A DNA stretch of 64,000 nt from Capsulimonadaceae bacterium (GCA_965215505.1 OZ244065.1:3328001-3392000), one strand, 5' to 3'. Counted from the stretch's first letter, positions 7,887 through 16,686 are shown. The notes: generated by a model from the sequence alone, not told the origin. Translations and numbers: made by a program.

Positions 7887-9020
7887 CTACGTCATAATTC
7901 CCTCGAACAGATGCCGCACCCATCTTCCATCCTCCCAATCTTCATGGTAGACAATGATATTGAGTGTAGGGCAGAGCCGTGACTGCGATCTGGTTTCTGC
8001 TGCTCTATAGGAAAGAAGCAAATGGGCAAGAGCAGTTGAACGTGTGATACCGCCGAACCCCGAGCCGACTATCGGAATATACAAATCACCGCGGATTGGA
8101 GCGGCCTCAATGTTTTTCCACATCGCATTCAATGCAGATGCCAATACCTCTTCTGTGAGAGTGGCAACAAACCGTCCCCCAAACTTCTCCACATGCGTCA
8201 GCGACAGCATGGCAATTGGCCCCTGTTCGGTTTCAACATGAACCAGAGAGCCAGGTGAGTAAGGATCTTGGCGTCCGGGCTTTTCGAGTGTCTGCTGATT
8301 TGAAGCAACCGTCAGTCCACTTTTGCCGATCTCCTTGTCCAGATCAGCGTCAAACTTGACTGACTGATCACGATGCGTAAACATGGCCAGACGTTTGCCT
8401 AAAGTGGAACGCTCGTCTACAATCGTCTCTTCGGAGGTTGTATCAAGATAGACGTTCGCAGAGAGCAGGAGAGCATTATTTTTGTCAACATAATCTAGAA
8501 TATCCCCCTTCTTGATGTGAACTGCTGAGTTCTTCAACTTCAAGGAAAATACTTCGGGGTTGCGGTGGCCTAACGCCTTAATTTGATCACTGATCTGAGT
8601 GGCTGCTGGTCCGAGCGCTGCTGACAGATTGCCGTCATTGCGCTCTTTTGAATACCTCGCTGTAGCTACCCCAGCTAAGTCACTTGGCAACTTCAGGTCC
8701 CGCGAATCAGTGGTGAGAATGAAGGTACGAGTCCGCCCCAATACGCCCATAAACAGGCCGAGTTCAAACAGAACATTGTCTCGTGGGGCGTTACTTTGTA
8801 CGCCACGGGAATCTATCAGGTCATCCGGCGTTAGAACCAAAACGGCGAAATCAAATTTCGGGGCAGCATCAACGAGAGTTTCAAGTGTGCCGACACCAAG
8901 ACCGAAGACGCCTTGATGCCACACGGTTGCTTCTGCATAGGACGTCAGCGATGTCTGAAGTTTCATCGCGACTTCGACGCCTTCAGATGAAGACCCTATA
9001 AAAACCGATGGCTTTGACAT
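7887..9020 (-). CDS. TIR (CAP12/Pycsar effector-like) domain fused to ThsA-like Macro domain
   Basis: N-term VFIGSSSE...FDFAVLVLTPDD...PRDNVLFELGLFMG...KLPSDLAG. C-term VHIKKGDIL..LSANVYLDT..STLGK..YSPGS..LNAMW..LYIPIVGSGFGG..LNIIVY. GC visibly lower than flanks. Confidence 0.8.
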   Translation of the reverse strand: MSKPSVFIGSSSEGVEVAMKLQTSLTSYAEATVWHQGVFGLGVGTLETLVDAAPKFDFAVLVLTPDDLIDSRGVQSNAPRDNVLFELGLFMGVLGRTRTFILTTDSRDLKLPSDLAGVATARYSKERNDGNLSAALGPAATQISDQIKALGHRNPEVFSLKLKNSAVHIKKGDILDYVDKNNALLLSANVYLDTTSEETIVDERSTLGKRLAMFTHRDQSVKFDADLDKEIGKSGLTVASNQQTLEKPGRQDPYSPGSLVHVETEQGPIAMLSLTHVEKFGGRFVATLTEEVLASALNAMWKNIEAAPIRGDLYIPIVGSGFGGITRSTALAHLLLSYRAAETRSQSRLCPTLNIIVYHEDWEDGRWVRHLFEGIMT

Positions 9021-9204
9021 ATGCTCCGCTTCCCGATGTTAAACCAGACTAATATGTGTAAAGTTAAGCCAGATTGAAAGATAAGAAAGTTGTAATTATG
9101 TGGCAGCCAAAGCCTCGTCGCGCGTTTAGGCTACCACCTGCATGCCACTCGCTGATGTTCGGCTCCGGCGGCTTTCAGGAGGCGCACTTTGCAGTGGTGT
9201 GAAT

Positions 9205-9233
9205 AGCATATCAGGTTTTGGGGACACTGTCAA
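9205..9233 (-). promoter_or_regulatory. Sigma70 promoter for the TIR-Macro/XRE unit
   Basis: Minus-strand TTGACA (9233-9228), 17-bp spacer, TATGCT (9210-9205) with TGn extension. Confidence 0.75.
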
Positions 9234-9361
9234 GCAGAGGGCTAATCATACAAGAGGCCAGTCACCTTCTGTTCCCACCCTCAGTAGTGTATAATGCAGT
9301 TACAAAGACCGGCCCGGAGCCGGCCGCGAAGCCGTGGCGGGGCGGCAGACTGTGAGGGCGG

Positions 9362-9553
9362 ATGAACCTGAGAAATGACGGATACCGGAAGATCATCTAC
9401 CCGCTGCTGTGTTTGGGTGCGTCCTTCTCCGCCTACAGCCACTACAAGCAGGGCCACGCGGTCACGCTCCACGTCGTCTTCCCCCTGATCATGGCCCTGG
9501 CCTGCCTGTTCCTGTCGGTCGTCTACTGGCTGCCGCAGCGCGGCAAGCACTGA
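9362..9553 (+). CDS. Small two-TM hypothetical protein
   Basis: 63 aa, two hydrophobic helices, GAGGG RBS, TATAAT at 9290-9295 upstream. Confidence 0.6.
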   Translation: MNLRNDGYRKIIYPLLCLGASFSAYSHYKQGHAVTLHVVFPLIMALACLFLSVVYWLPQRGKH

Positions 9554-9597
9554 CGAACGACATTTCCTGAAAACGCGAGGAGGCGGATTTGGAACTG

Positions 9598-12210
9598 ATG
9601 AGGCTGAGACTGAAACGCATCGGCGGCCTTTGGGCCGTTCTCGGCATGGCGCTGGCCGCAACCCATGGGCCGGGACGCGCCGCGCCCCCGGATCCCGCCC
9701 CCGGCGCACAGCCCGCCTTCCGGGCGGAACAGTTCGCCGAGTTCGTGGGCATCAGCGGCGGCCCGCTCCAGTTCCACGTCATCGCCGACGGGCCGTATGC
9801 GGGCGCGGGAAAGACCTATGACCCGCAGGCCTTCTATGACCTGGGCGTCCGGTACTACCGCGCGGGCCTGTTCAACGACCTCACCCTGCCAAACCAGCCC
9901 GACCAGGTGAAGGCGGCCTGGGACAAGTACGGCGTCCGCCCGATGCTGCTGGTTGACCCCGGCAAGACCAAAACCCCCGAAGACGTTCTGGCGAAGCTGC
10001 GGCGGTACGCGCCCGGCTCGGTCGGCGAGATCGAGGGGCCGAACGAGGTCAACAACAAGTTCCCGCCCCAGGACCTCAACATCAAGTACAAAGGCAAGAC
10101 CGACGAGGCGGGCGGCGCGGCCTACATGGACGACCTCTACGCGGCGGTCAAGGCCGACCCGATCACGCGCGCCATCCCCGTCGTCGCCTACACGGCCATC
10201 TTCACCGACTACCACCTCGCCCGCCCTTACGCCGGGTTCGACTACGCCAACATGCACTCGTACCAAGGCTATGACGTGCCCTCGTCCAGCCTGCTGATGA
10301 ACGAAACCCGCTTCAACAACGTCCTGCCCTCGGGTGCGGCCATCAAGCCGTTCGTCCCGACCGAGTGCGGCTACAACGTCCAGCCGGACCGCTCCAACGG
10401 CACCAACAACACCGGCTCACTGCGCGCCCAGGCGCTCAACATCCCCATGCTGCTGGCCGAATACTTCCGGCATGGCATCCGGCGGGCGTACCTGTTCTCG
10501 CTGGGGAACGCCGACGGCTACGGGCTGCTGGAAGACGACCTGACCACCAAGCGGCCCGCCTACTTCGCCCTCAAGAATTTCCTGGCGACGATCAAAGACT
10601 CCGATTGGGACCCCAAAACGCATCGTTGGGTGGGCGGCGACTTCGCCCCCCGCGCCCTGCTGTTCGGCCTCGACGGTGCCCCGCCGACCGTCCACACCCT
10701 GACGCTCCAGAAGAAGGACGGGGAGTACCTGCTGCTGGTCTGGAACGAGGTCCGCAACTTCGACCAGGACGCGCACCGAGACATCGTGAACGCCCCCGTC
10801 CCGGTCACATTGCGCCTGCAAACGCCGGTGGGCACGTCGGCGATGGTGCTGACGCAGAACGCGGCAGGCGGCTATGACACCCAGAAGCTGGCCCTCAGCC
10901 ACGGGACGCTTGTCCTGCAAGTGCCCGCCTCGGTCATGATCGTGCGCCTGACGCCGCGCCCCGCCGCCCTCCGGCCCCAGCCCGCCGCGCCGCGCGCCCT
11001 GCACGGGACGGCGACCGAGAACGCCATCCATCTGACCTGGTCCGCCCCCGTCGAGCCGATCGGCCTCCCCTCCGGCACCGGTCCCGCCGGGTACTTCGTC
11101 TTCCGCAATGGCGGGTTTCTGACGGCCACGCGCGGCCTGTCCTACGACGACGCCTCGGCCTGGGTGCGGCCCGGCCTGGGCTACACCTACTCCGTCCAGG
11201 CCTACGACCGCGCGGGCGGCCTGTCGCCGCGCGTTCGGGCCGTCGTCGTGACGCCGGACCGCCGGCCCGACCTCGTCTGCACCGACGTTGAGGTTCCCAC
11301 GGTCAAGACAGGCGACGCCGTCGCCTTCCGGGCGACTTTGAAGAACATCGGGGACGGGGCGACCCCGAACGACACCGCCGCCGCCCTCACCTTCTTCGTT
11401 GACGGCAGGTACACGAGCTACGTCACCACGGACGGCACCCCGCTCGCGCCGGGCGAGTCGCGCGTCCTGACCGCGAGCGGCGGCGGGGTGAACGGCAAGT
11501 GGATCGCGACGCCCGGCGCGCACCTCCTGCGCGTCCAGGTGGATGACACCGACCGCGTGCCCAGCGAGCGCAGCAAGGAGAACAACACCGTAGACCGCAG
11601 CCTGCCGGTGGACGTGCGGGCGGCGGGCGAGCTGCTCGGGGCCGCCGACCCCGCACCCGGCCAGGCCGACCTGACGGCGGAAGGCACGATGGACTGGGTG
11701 CATTGGGGGCAGGGGGGCAAAGAGGCGATTAATCGCAAGGCAAGCGGCGGGAACAAGATCAGCGTGCTGGCCGACATCGGGACCGGCTACCGGGACGCGA
11801 CGGTCGGGGAGGGCATGAGCGTTCGATGGAGCGACGGCAGCCCGACCGCCCATGTGGACGACTCCCATGCGGGCCTGTGGCTCAACGGCGTCGGCCACGG
11901 CTACCACTTCACCGCCCCCGCCGGCACCGAGGAACACGTCCTGCGCGTCTACGTCGGCGGCATCGAGGGGGCGGGCTGCACCCTCACCGCCCATCTCTCC
12001 GACGGCTCCGCGCCGGACTACGTCAGCCCCACCTTCAACGGCAACCTGTCCAACCCATGGTCCCCCGTGCCGGGCGGCTTTTCGGGCGTCTACACCCTCC
12101 GCTACCGCGCCGCCACTCCGGGCCAGACGCTCACCGTCACCTGGACCCTGGCGACCGAGCCGAACCGGTTTCTGGGCCAGGCCCGGCTGCAAGCGGCCAC
12201 GCTGAGGTGA
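9598..12210 (+). CDS. Secreted clan GH-A-like glycoside hydrolase with FN3, CARDB and a C-terminal beta-domain
   Basis: Signal peptide; EGPNEVN and PTECGY (candidate acid/base and nucleophile); FN3 IHLTWS...YTYSVQAYD; CARDB PDLV..ATLKNIG..ENN. ATG 9598 follows GAGGAGG. Confidence 0.75.
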   Translation: MRLRLKRIGGLWAVLGMALAATHGPGRAAPPDPAPGAQPAFRAEQFAEFVGISGGPLQFHVIADGPYAGAGKTYDPQAFYDLGVRYYRAGLFNDLTLPNQPDQVKAAWDKYGVRPMLLVDPGKTKTPEDVLAKLRRYAPGSVGEIEGPNEVNNKFPPQDLNIKYKGKTDEAGGAAYMDDLYAAVKADPITRAIPVVAYTAIFTDYHLARPYAGFDYANMHSYQGYDVPSSSLLMNETRFNNVLPSGAAIKPFVPTECGYNVQPDRSNGTNNTGSLRAQALNIPMLLAEYFRHGIRRAYLFSLGNADGYGLLEDDLTTKRPAYFALKNFLATIKDSDWDPKTHRWVGGDFAPRALLFGLDGAPPTVHTLTLQKKDGEYLLLVWNEVRNFDQDAHRDIVNAPVPVTLRLQTPVGTSAMVLTQNAAGGYDTQKLALSHGTLVLQVPASVMIVRLTPRPAALRPQPAAPRALHGTATENAIHLTWSAPVEPIGLPSGTGPAGYFVFRNGGFLTATRGLSYDDASAWVRPGLGYTYSVQAYDRAGGLSPRVRAVVVTPDRRPDLVCTDVEVPTVKTGDAVAFRATLKNIGDGATPNDTAAALTFFVDGRYTSYVTTDGTPLAPGESRVLTASGGGVNGKWIATPGAHLLRVQVDDTDRVPSERSKENNTVDRSLPVDVRAAGELLGAADPAPGQADLTAEGTMDWVHWGQGGKEAINRKASGGNKISVLADIGTGYRDATVGEGMSVRWSDGSPTAHVDDSHAGLWLNGVGHGYHFTAPAGTEEHVLRVYVGGIEGAGCTLTAHLSDGSAPDYVSPTFNGNLSNPWSPVPGGFSGVYTLRYRAATPGQTLTVTWTLATEPNRFLGQARLQAATLR

Positions 12211-12271
12211 GAACTACCGCCGCACCGGAATGGGCCGATGTTACGCAAGGGCTTTGTTGCACAACTGCGGT

Positions 12272-12408
12272 CCATGCGCTGAAGCGCACGGCTACACGGC
12301 GCGGACGCCAAGAATCTACCGCTTCGCGGGGATCGGCAGGACACTCCGAGTCCCGCGAAGCGGCACTTCCTGGCCGAAGGCCGTCTAGCCGTGCCTTTCA
12401 AGGCATGG
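12272..12408. repeat. REPIN-like palindrome, family B copy 1
   Basis: ccatgcgctgaagcgcacggcta ... tagccgtgcctttcaaggcatgg; related copies at 48829-48987 and 51958-52136. Confidence 0.8.
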
Positions 12409-12511
12409 CCCTGCATGATACGGAAGCCTTAACTGAAGTGACGTGTGATGAAGAAGCAGTATGGAAGCGTTGTCATGGCGGCGATCCATGAGAGGGCGGG
12501 GGACCCCGCCC

Positions 12512-13075
12512 CTACACATTCCGCAAGACGCCCTCCGCCCGAGCCTCACGCAGCGCGGTCGCCCGCCCGATGGCCGCGAACACGAGGAGGACCGCCCCGG
12601 TGTACTACGCGCCGAAGCTGAACGCGCTCGGCCCGTGCTGCGCGATCACCACCCCCGCCCCGACCAGGAGCGCCCCGAGTGCCCAAAACATCCGCATGCC
12701 GTAGAGGAACACGAACGGAAGGTAGTGCGCCCCCAGGAGGATCATCAGGGCCGGATAGAACAGTGCGGGCCGGTACAGGCAGACCGGCAGCAGCAGCGGC
12801 ATCGAGAGCGGCAGGACGAAGGCCACCTGCATGCTCAGGCCCCGCAGCAGGTTGTCCGCGCTCAGGGGGACCTTCCGGCCGGACGCGCGGACAAGAAGTT
12901 CGGTGGGGGGGAAGATGAAGAAGCCATCCACCACCAGGGCCGTGATTGCCGCCCGTGGGCTGACCCAGACCGCCAGGGCGGCGGACAGGAGCCACAGCAG
13001 GCCGGAGACGAGCTGCCCGTAGAAGCCGCCCACATAGCGGACCCCCGTTTCCCGCTGCGCGTCAGTGATTTGCAT
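12512..13075 (-). pseudogene. DUF7010-like membrane protein interrupted by a TAG at 12605-12607
   Basis: GAHYLPFVFLYG motif. The hydrophobic frame continues past the stop (YTGAVLLVFAAIGR) to a TAG at 12512. Confidence 0.6.
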
Positions 13076-13157
13076 TGTGACCCTCGATTATTCGTCCTTC
13101 TCCTGTCGAGGCTTGTTGGCGTCGGTCGCCGCGCCATACCGGCAGACAGCCGCCCCC

Positions 13158-13471
13158 CTAGTAGCACACGATCGGCTGGCCTTCCTCGATGGCCGCGTAA
13201 ACTACTTCCAAAAGGTCGCGCAGGAAGTCCACCAATCGCGCCAGGGTGTCCGGGTTCAGGCCGGGCTTGGGCACCATCCCGATGAATTCCAGTTCCGCCT
13301 TCAGCTCCTCGGCCTCCGCCGGCGTCAGCCAGTATTTGCCGATGCCGGGACGGAGGACGGTGAACAGCAGGGGGAAGGCGGTGTCTTCCTCGTGTTCCAT
13401 AAGGGGCTTGAGTCGCCAGCCAGAATGGCCCGCTCGACGCATTTGCAGTAGACGATGATGTTCAGCGACAT
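13158..13471 (-). pseudogene. Small hypothetical protein, probably frameshifted or deleted near its 5' end
   Basis: ATG 13471 with GAAAGG RBS gives MSLNIIVYCKCVER, out of frame with the coding-like 3' part (..FPLLFTVL..EEGQPIVCY). Confidence 0.4.
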
Positions 13472-13555
13472 CAGAGATGCCTTTCGATCACGCTGACGGC
13501 CGGCCAGGTAGTGTGGCGGCCTACCCTGCTCTGTGACGAGTCATCGCAGCGCCAG

Positions 13556-13888
13556 TCATCGCAGCCGCCAGTTGATCTTGTCCTTCTTGAAGAGGCACAG
13601 GCCGCACCGGACGCAGCAGCCCCGCCCGTAAGCCGCACCGGGCCGCGCGGGCAGCGGCCTACCCCGATACAGCCCACCGCAACGCGGGCAGCGGAACCTG
13701 TCCATGTAGATCAGGGCGGCGGACGGGGGCACGAGGCTGACCATAGCCCACCATGTGTGCCGGGCGGCGTCGCCGAGGCTGACCACGAGAACGATCATCG
13801 CCGGCAAGCTCAGGAAGACCAAAAGGAGACGACGCCGGAAGTCCTTTTGGGCCGATTGGCATGCGTCCGGGCCGGCCTTGTCTCTCAT
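13556..13888 (-). CDS. Small membrane protein with zinc-ribbon-like tail
   Basis: Two TM helices, then FRCPRCG...CCVRCG; overlaps the upstream stop by 4 nt. Confidence 0.65.
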   Translation of the reverse strand: MRDKAGPDACQSAQKDFRRRLLLVFLSLPAMIVLVVSLGDAARHTWWAMVSLVPPSAALIYMDRFRCPRCGGLYRGRPLPARPGAAYGRGCCVRCGLCLFKKDKINWRLR

Positions 13889-14412
13889 ATTGGATGCCGT
13901 TTACGACCTATGAGTCGGCCCCACAGGAACTTGACCAGCCAGGGCACGAGTAGGAACACTAGGGCGAACAGCGACAGGAGCAGGACGGGCGGCACGAACA
14001 CGAGGTCGTCAAGCAGGAGCCAGAACCGGATCGCCTCCCAGGGGTGGCCCCGGCTCAGGCCGCGCCGCAGGCTTCGGAAGGCCGCTTCGTCCGTGACCCG
14101 GATGTGGAAGTAGCGGGTGTGCCTGGCTGGGTCATGCCGAGCTTCATAGTCGTAGGGCGAGCCGGGCGTCTGGTGGAGCCTCAGATACCGGCTGATGCCC
14201 AGCAGGGCCGCCACGTCCAGCCCGAAGACCAGCAGCGAGCCGACGAGGACAATCCCGGCATAGCCGGGGTGCAGGACCGTTAGGAGCAGAGGGAAGGCGG
14301 GCGGGGCCGGGGCGGCGATGAGGATGCCGCAAGGCAGCAGCACGAACAGGCAGAAGCGCGGCAGCAGGATGTTCAGCCCCAGCCCGCTTGTGAGTTCATT
14401 CCGCCGGCTCAT
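13885..14412 (-). CDS. Hypothetical membrane protein
   Basis: Three hydrophobic segments; start MSRRNE overlaps the GNAT gene end. Confidence 0.55.
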   Translation of the reverse strand: MSRRNELTSGLGLNILLPRFCLFVLLPCGILIAAPAPPAFPLLLTVLHPGYAGIVLVGSLLVFGLDVAALLGISRYLRLHQTPGSPYDYEARHDPARHTRYFHIRVTDEAAFRSLRRGLSRGHPWEAIRFWLLLDDLVFVPPVLLLSLFALVFLLVPWLVKFLWGRLIGRKRHPI

Positions 14413-14983
14413 GTCCTGCTCCCATTCCAGCTTCTGCCCCTGTCCCCACAAGCCATTCCTCACGCAGAAGGGCGTACAGGTACTCATCATGCCACAGCCC
14501 GTTCCTGCACTGGCTCTGGCGCAGGTGCCCCTCGCGGCGCATCCCGAGCCGCTCCATCAGCCGGAACGAGGCGGCGTTGCGCGTGTCACAGCCCGAAGTG
14601 ACGCGGTGCAGCCCGAGGCCCTGGAAGGCGTGAACGAGCAGGGCCTTTGCCGCTTCGGTCGCGTAGCCTTGCCCCTGGTACTCCGGGTGGAAGGACCACC
14701 CGACATTGCCCGCGCTCACCTTCCGCGCCTCGACGTAGATGCCGACCTCACCGATCATTCGGCCCCCGTCCCTCAGCGCGACGGCGAACATGACCCAGCC
14801 GCCCTCCTCACCGAGTTCAAGCGCCGCCTGCTTGGCAAGGAAGGCCGCCGCCTTGTCTTCGGTCAACGGCTCGACTGGCTGATACTTCAGGTTCTCCGGG
14901 TGAGTCTGGTAGGCCAAAAAGTCGCGCAGATCGGCCTCCGAGGGGCGGCGGATGACCAGCCTCTCCGTGGTAACAGTTTCCAT
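14396..14983 (-). CDS. GNAT N-acetyltransferase, RimJ/RimL type
   Basis: TTERLVIRR, VGWSFHPEYQGQGYATEAA, RNAASFRLMERLGMRREG, WHDEYLYALL. Confidence 0.92.
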   Translation of the reverse strand: METVTTERLVIRRPSEADLRDFLAYQTHPENLKYQPVEPLTEDKAAAFLAKQAALELGEEGGWVMFAVALRDGGRMIGEVGIYVEARKVSAGNVGWSFHPEYQGQGYATEAAKALLVHAFQGLGLHRVTSGCDTRNAASFRLMERLGMRREGHLRQSQCRNGLWHDEYLYALLREEWLVGTGAEAGMGAGHEPAE

Positions 14984-15007
14984 GCCGTCTTGTACCCTCA
15001 ACCCAAG

Positions 15008-15313
15008 TCAGCGGCCCGGCGTACCGGCCGGTGTCGGGACCGCCCGCCAGCCCGGTTTGACTGGGCGGCCGTCGGCGTTCATGACAAAGCCGACATCCCG
15101 CGACCAAAGCCGCCCCGTCTGCGTGTCCAGGAAATAGACTTCCCCCTGCGTCGCCGCGATGCCGTACCGCCCGGCCGACGCGGGCGGCGGGGCGGGGGCG
15201 GCCTGCGCCGTGGCGGGGCGCGAGAGCAGCCACCCCAGGCCGCTCCCAAGAGCGGCCAGGAGGCTCAGGCACAGCAGGCCGGTCAAAAGGCGGCCCTTCG
15301 TCTTCTCTTTCAT
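15008..15313 (-). CDS. Small exported hypothetical protein
   Basis: Signal/anchor helix followed by GRYGI..YFLDTQTGRLW. Confidence 0.65.
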   Translation of the reverse strand: MKEKTKGRLLTGLLCLSLLAALGSGLGWLLSRPATAQAAPAPPPASAGRYGIAATQGEVYFLDTQTGRLWSRDVGFVMNADGRPVKPGWRAVPTPAGTPGR

Positions 15314-15329
15314 CGTTCTTTCCTTGTCG

Positions 15330-15770
15330 TCAGGCTGGAATGTTGGAGCGGGCGAGGAGACGCCGTTCGTAGACGTACTGCACCCAACGCAGGACGGCGC
15401 TCACCACGAGAAGGGCCGTCGCGCCGACCACGAACGACGGCCACGGATGGCCTTGGGACCCGTAAGACTGGAACCCGACCCACAAAACCACGACTGCGGT
15501 GTCGTACCACGGCCAGCAGTGCAGCATCAGCCAGACCACCCCGAACCCCATGGGGAGGAAGAGGATGGCGAAAGGGATGGCAAAGGCGGTTGTTCCTGCG
15601 TGCGGGAACAATGACGCAATCGCAAGGGCGACTAAGACGCTGGCAGCTATCCAAACAATGCACGTCGCCACCAATATCAAAAGGGCGGCGGCGAGGGAGA
15701 AGGCAGCAGCGGCGCGAGCGGCGAGGACGCTGAAGGCTCCAGGTCTCTTCGTGTTCTGCGGGATCAACAT
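15330..15770 (-). CDS. Hypothetical polytopic membrane protein
   Basis: About four hydrophobic helices; co-oriented with neighbours. Confidence 0.55.
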   Translation of the reverse strand: MLIPQNTKRPGAFSVLAARAAAAFSLAAALLILVATCIVWIAASVLVALAIASLFPHAGTTAFAIPFAILFLPMGFGVVWLMLHCWPWYDTAVVVLWVGFQSYGSQGHPWPSFVVGATALLVVSAVLRWVQYVYERRLLARSNIPA

Positions 15771-15799
15771 GCTGTCCCCCGATCATGCCGCGTCGCTCA

Positions 15800-16150
15800 T
15801 CACGATTTTGTCGTAGAACTACTGCTCACTGCCGTCGTGACGGTGTGGGTGGCCGCGTTGATACTGGCCTTGACACCGGCCGAAGCCGTTCCCCGGCGGC
15901 GCGTGGCCGCGAAACGGAAGGCCTGGAGCTTTCCATCCGGGCCGTAGGACTGCTGGTTGGTTGTGACCTTGTACCCAAGACCCTCGTAGTAGGCGACGTA
16001 GGCGGCGAGGTTCTTGGCCGTAGACGTTTCACTGATCGCCGGGGGCTTCGGGACGGCGGGAGTCGCAGGCGGCGCACCGGCCGCCAGGCGGCAGCCGCTC
16101 AGGACGAGAAGCGCGGGGACGAGCGGGACGGCGGCGGGCATTCGCATCAT
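15800..16150 (-). CDS. Hypothetical lipoprotein
   Basis: Lipobox LVLSGC after a hydrophobic leader. Confidence 0.6.
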   Translation of the reverse strand: MMRMPAAVPLVPALLVLSGCRLAAGAPPATPAVPKPPAISETSTAKNLAAYVAYYEGLGYKVTTNQQSYGPDGKLQAFRFAATRRRGTASAGVKASINAATHTVTTAVSSSSTTKS

Positions 16151-16173
16151 GGGGGCCTTTCCAAGATAGATCG

Positions 16174-16416
16174 TCAGCGCGCGGCCTGCGCTTCCAGTTG
16201 CTCGATCCGCCTCTGAAGGTCGCGGACCTGCTTTTGACCGGCAACCTGGGCTGCCGCCGCCATGTAGAAGGCCATCGGCAGGAAGCAGACGAAGGTGCCG
16301 AGGCCCGCGTCAAGCGAGTGCGGCTTCAGCCCGAAGAAGCTGATCATGACGGAGGCGCTCATGAGAGCGGCAAAGAGCGGGGCGACCCAGAAGGGTCCGA
16401 CGAGTTTGGAGAGCAC
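16174..16416 (-). CDS. Small two-TM protein with C-terminal coiled coil, possibly 5'-truncated
   Basis: Two TM helices, then QVRDLQRRIEQLE; a repeat element sits just upstream. Confidence 0.55.
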   Translation of the reverse strand: MLSKLVGPFWVAPLFAALMSASVMISFFGLKPHSLDAGLGTFVCFLPMAFYMAAAAQVAGQKQVRDLQRRIEQLEAQAAR

Positions 16417-16446
16417 GAGTGGGATTCCTTGTTTCGCAGAAGATTG

Positions 16447-16686
16447 CCCGGCGTTAAACCGCCGGTCTACACGGATGGGCCGCCCCTTCGGGGCTTCGGA
16501 CGACGCTGCCGGGCAGCCTTATTCGGGCTTCGTAGGGGCACCGCTTGCCGCGCCCTCCTGATGTTCCGCACCCCTACGAGGCCCTGATGACGTGATCCGG
16601 CAGCAACATCCGAACAATGCCATCCGAAGCCCCGAAGGGGCGGCCCGCCGGCGCAGCCGGGAGTAGACCGGCCCTTCAGGGCCGGG
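16447..16686. repeat. REPIN-like inverted REP pair, family A copy 2, with an internal GTAG REP
   Basis: Same arms as 1860-2083; gtaggggcaccgcttgccgcgccc inside. Confidence 0.8.

Noticed and set aside
7887-9020. Calling this a canonical Thoeris, CBASS or Pycsar system
   Set aside because: No ThsB-type TIR, CD-NTase or cyclase in the window, and the protein has no TM, SIR2, STING or cNMP domain.
9090-9198. c-di-GMP-I riboswitch in the TIR leader (GCAAA, GAAA, CCTAAA words)
   Set aside because: The words are not in the required order with supporting stems; kept only as a generic structured leader.
3792-12607. Genome-wide TAG recoding
   Set aside because: Many intact genes here end at TAG at the expected position (for example 7887, 27532, 51634, 59785).
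12512-16416. Integron cassette array
   Set aside because: No RYYYAAC/GTTRRRY attC pairs between genes, several genes overlap, and there is no integrase.
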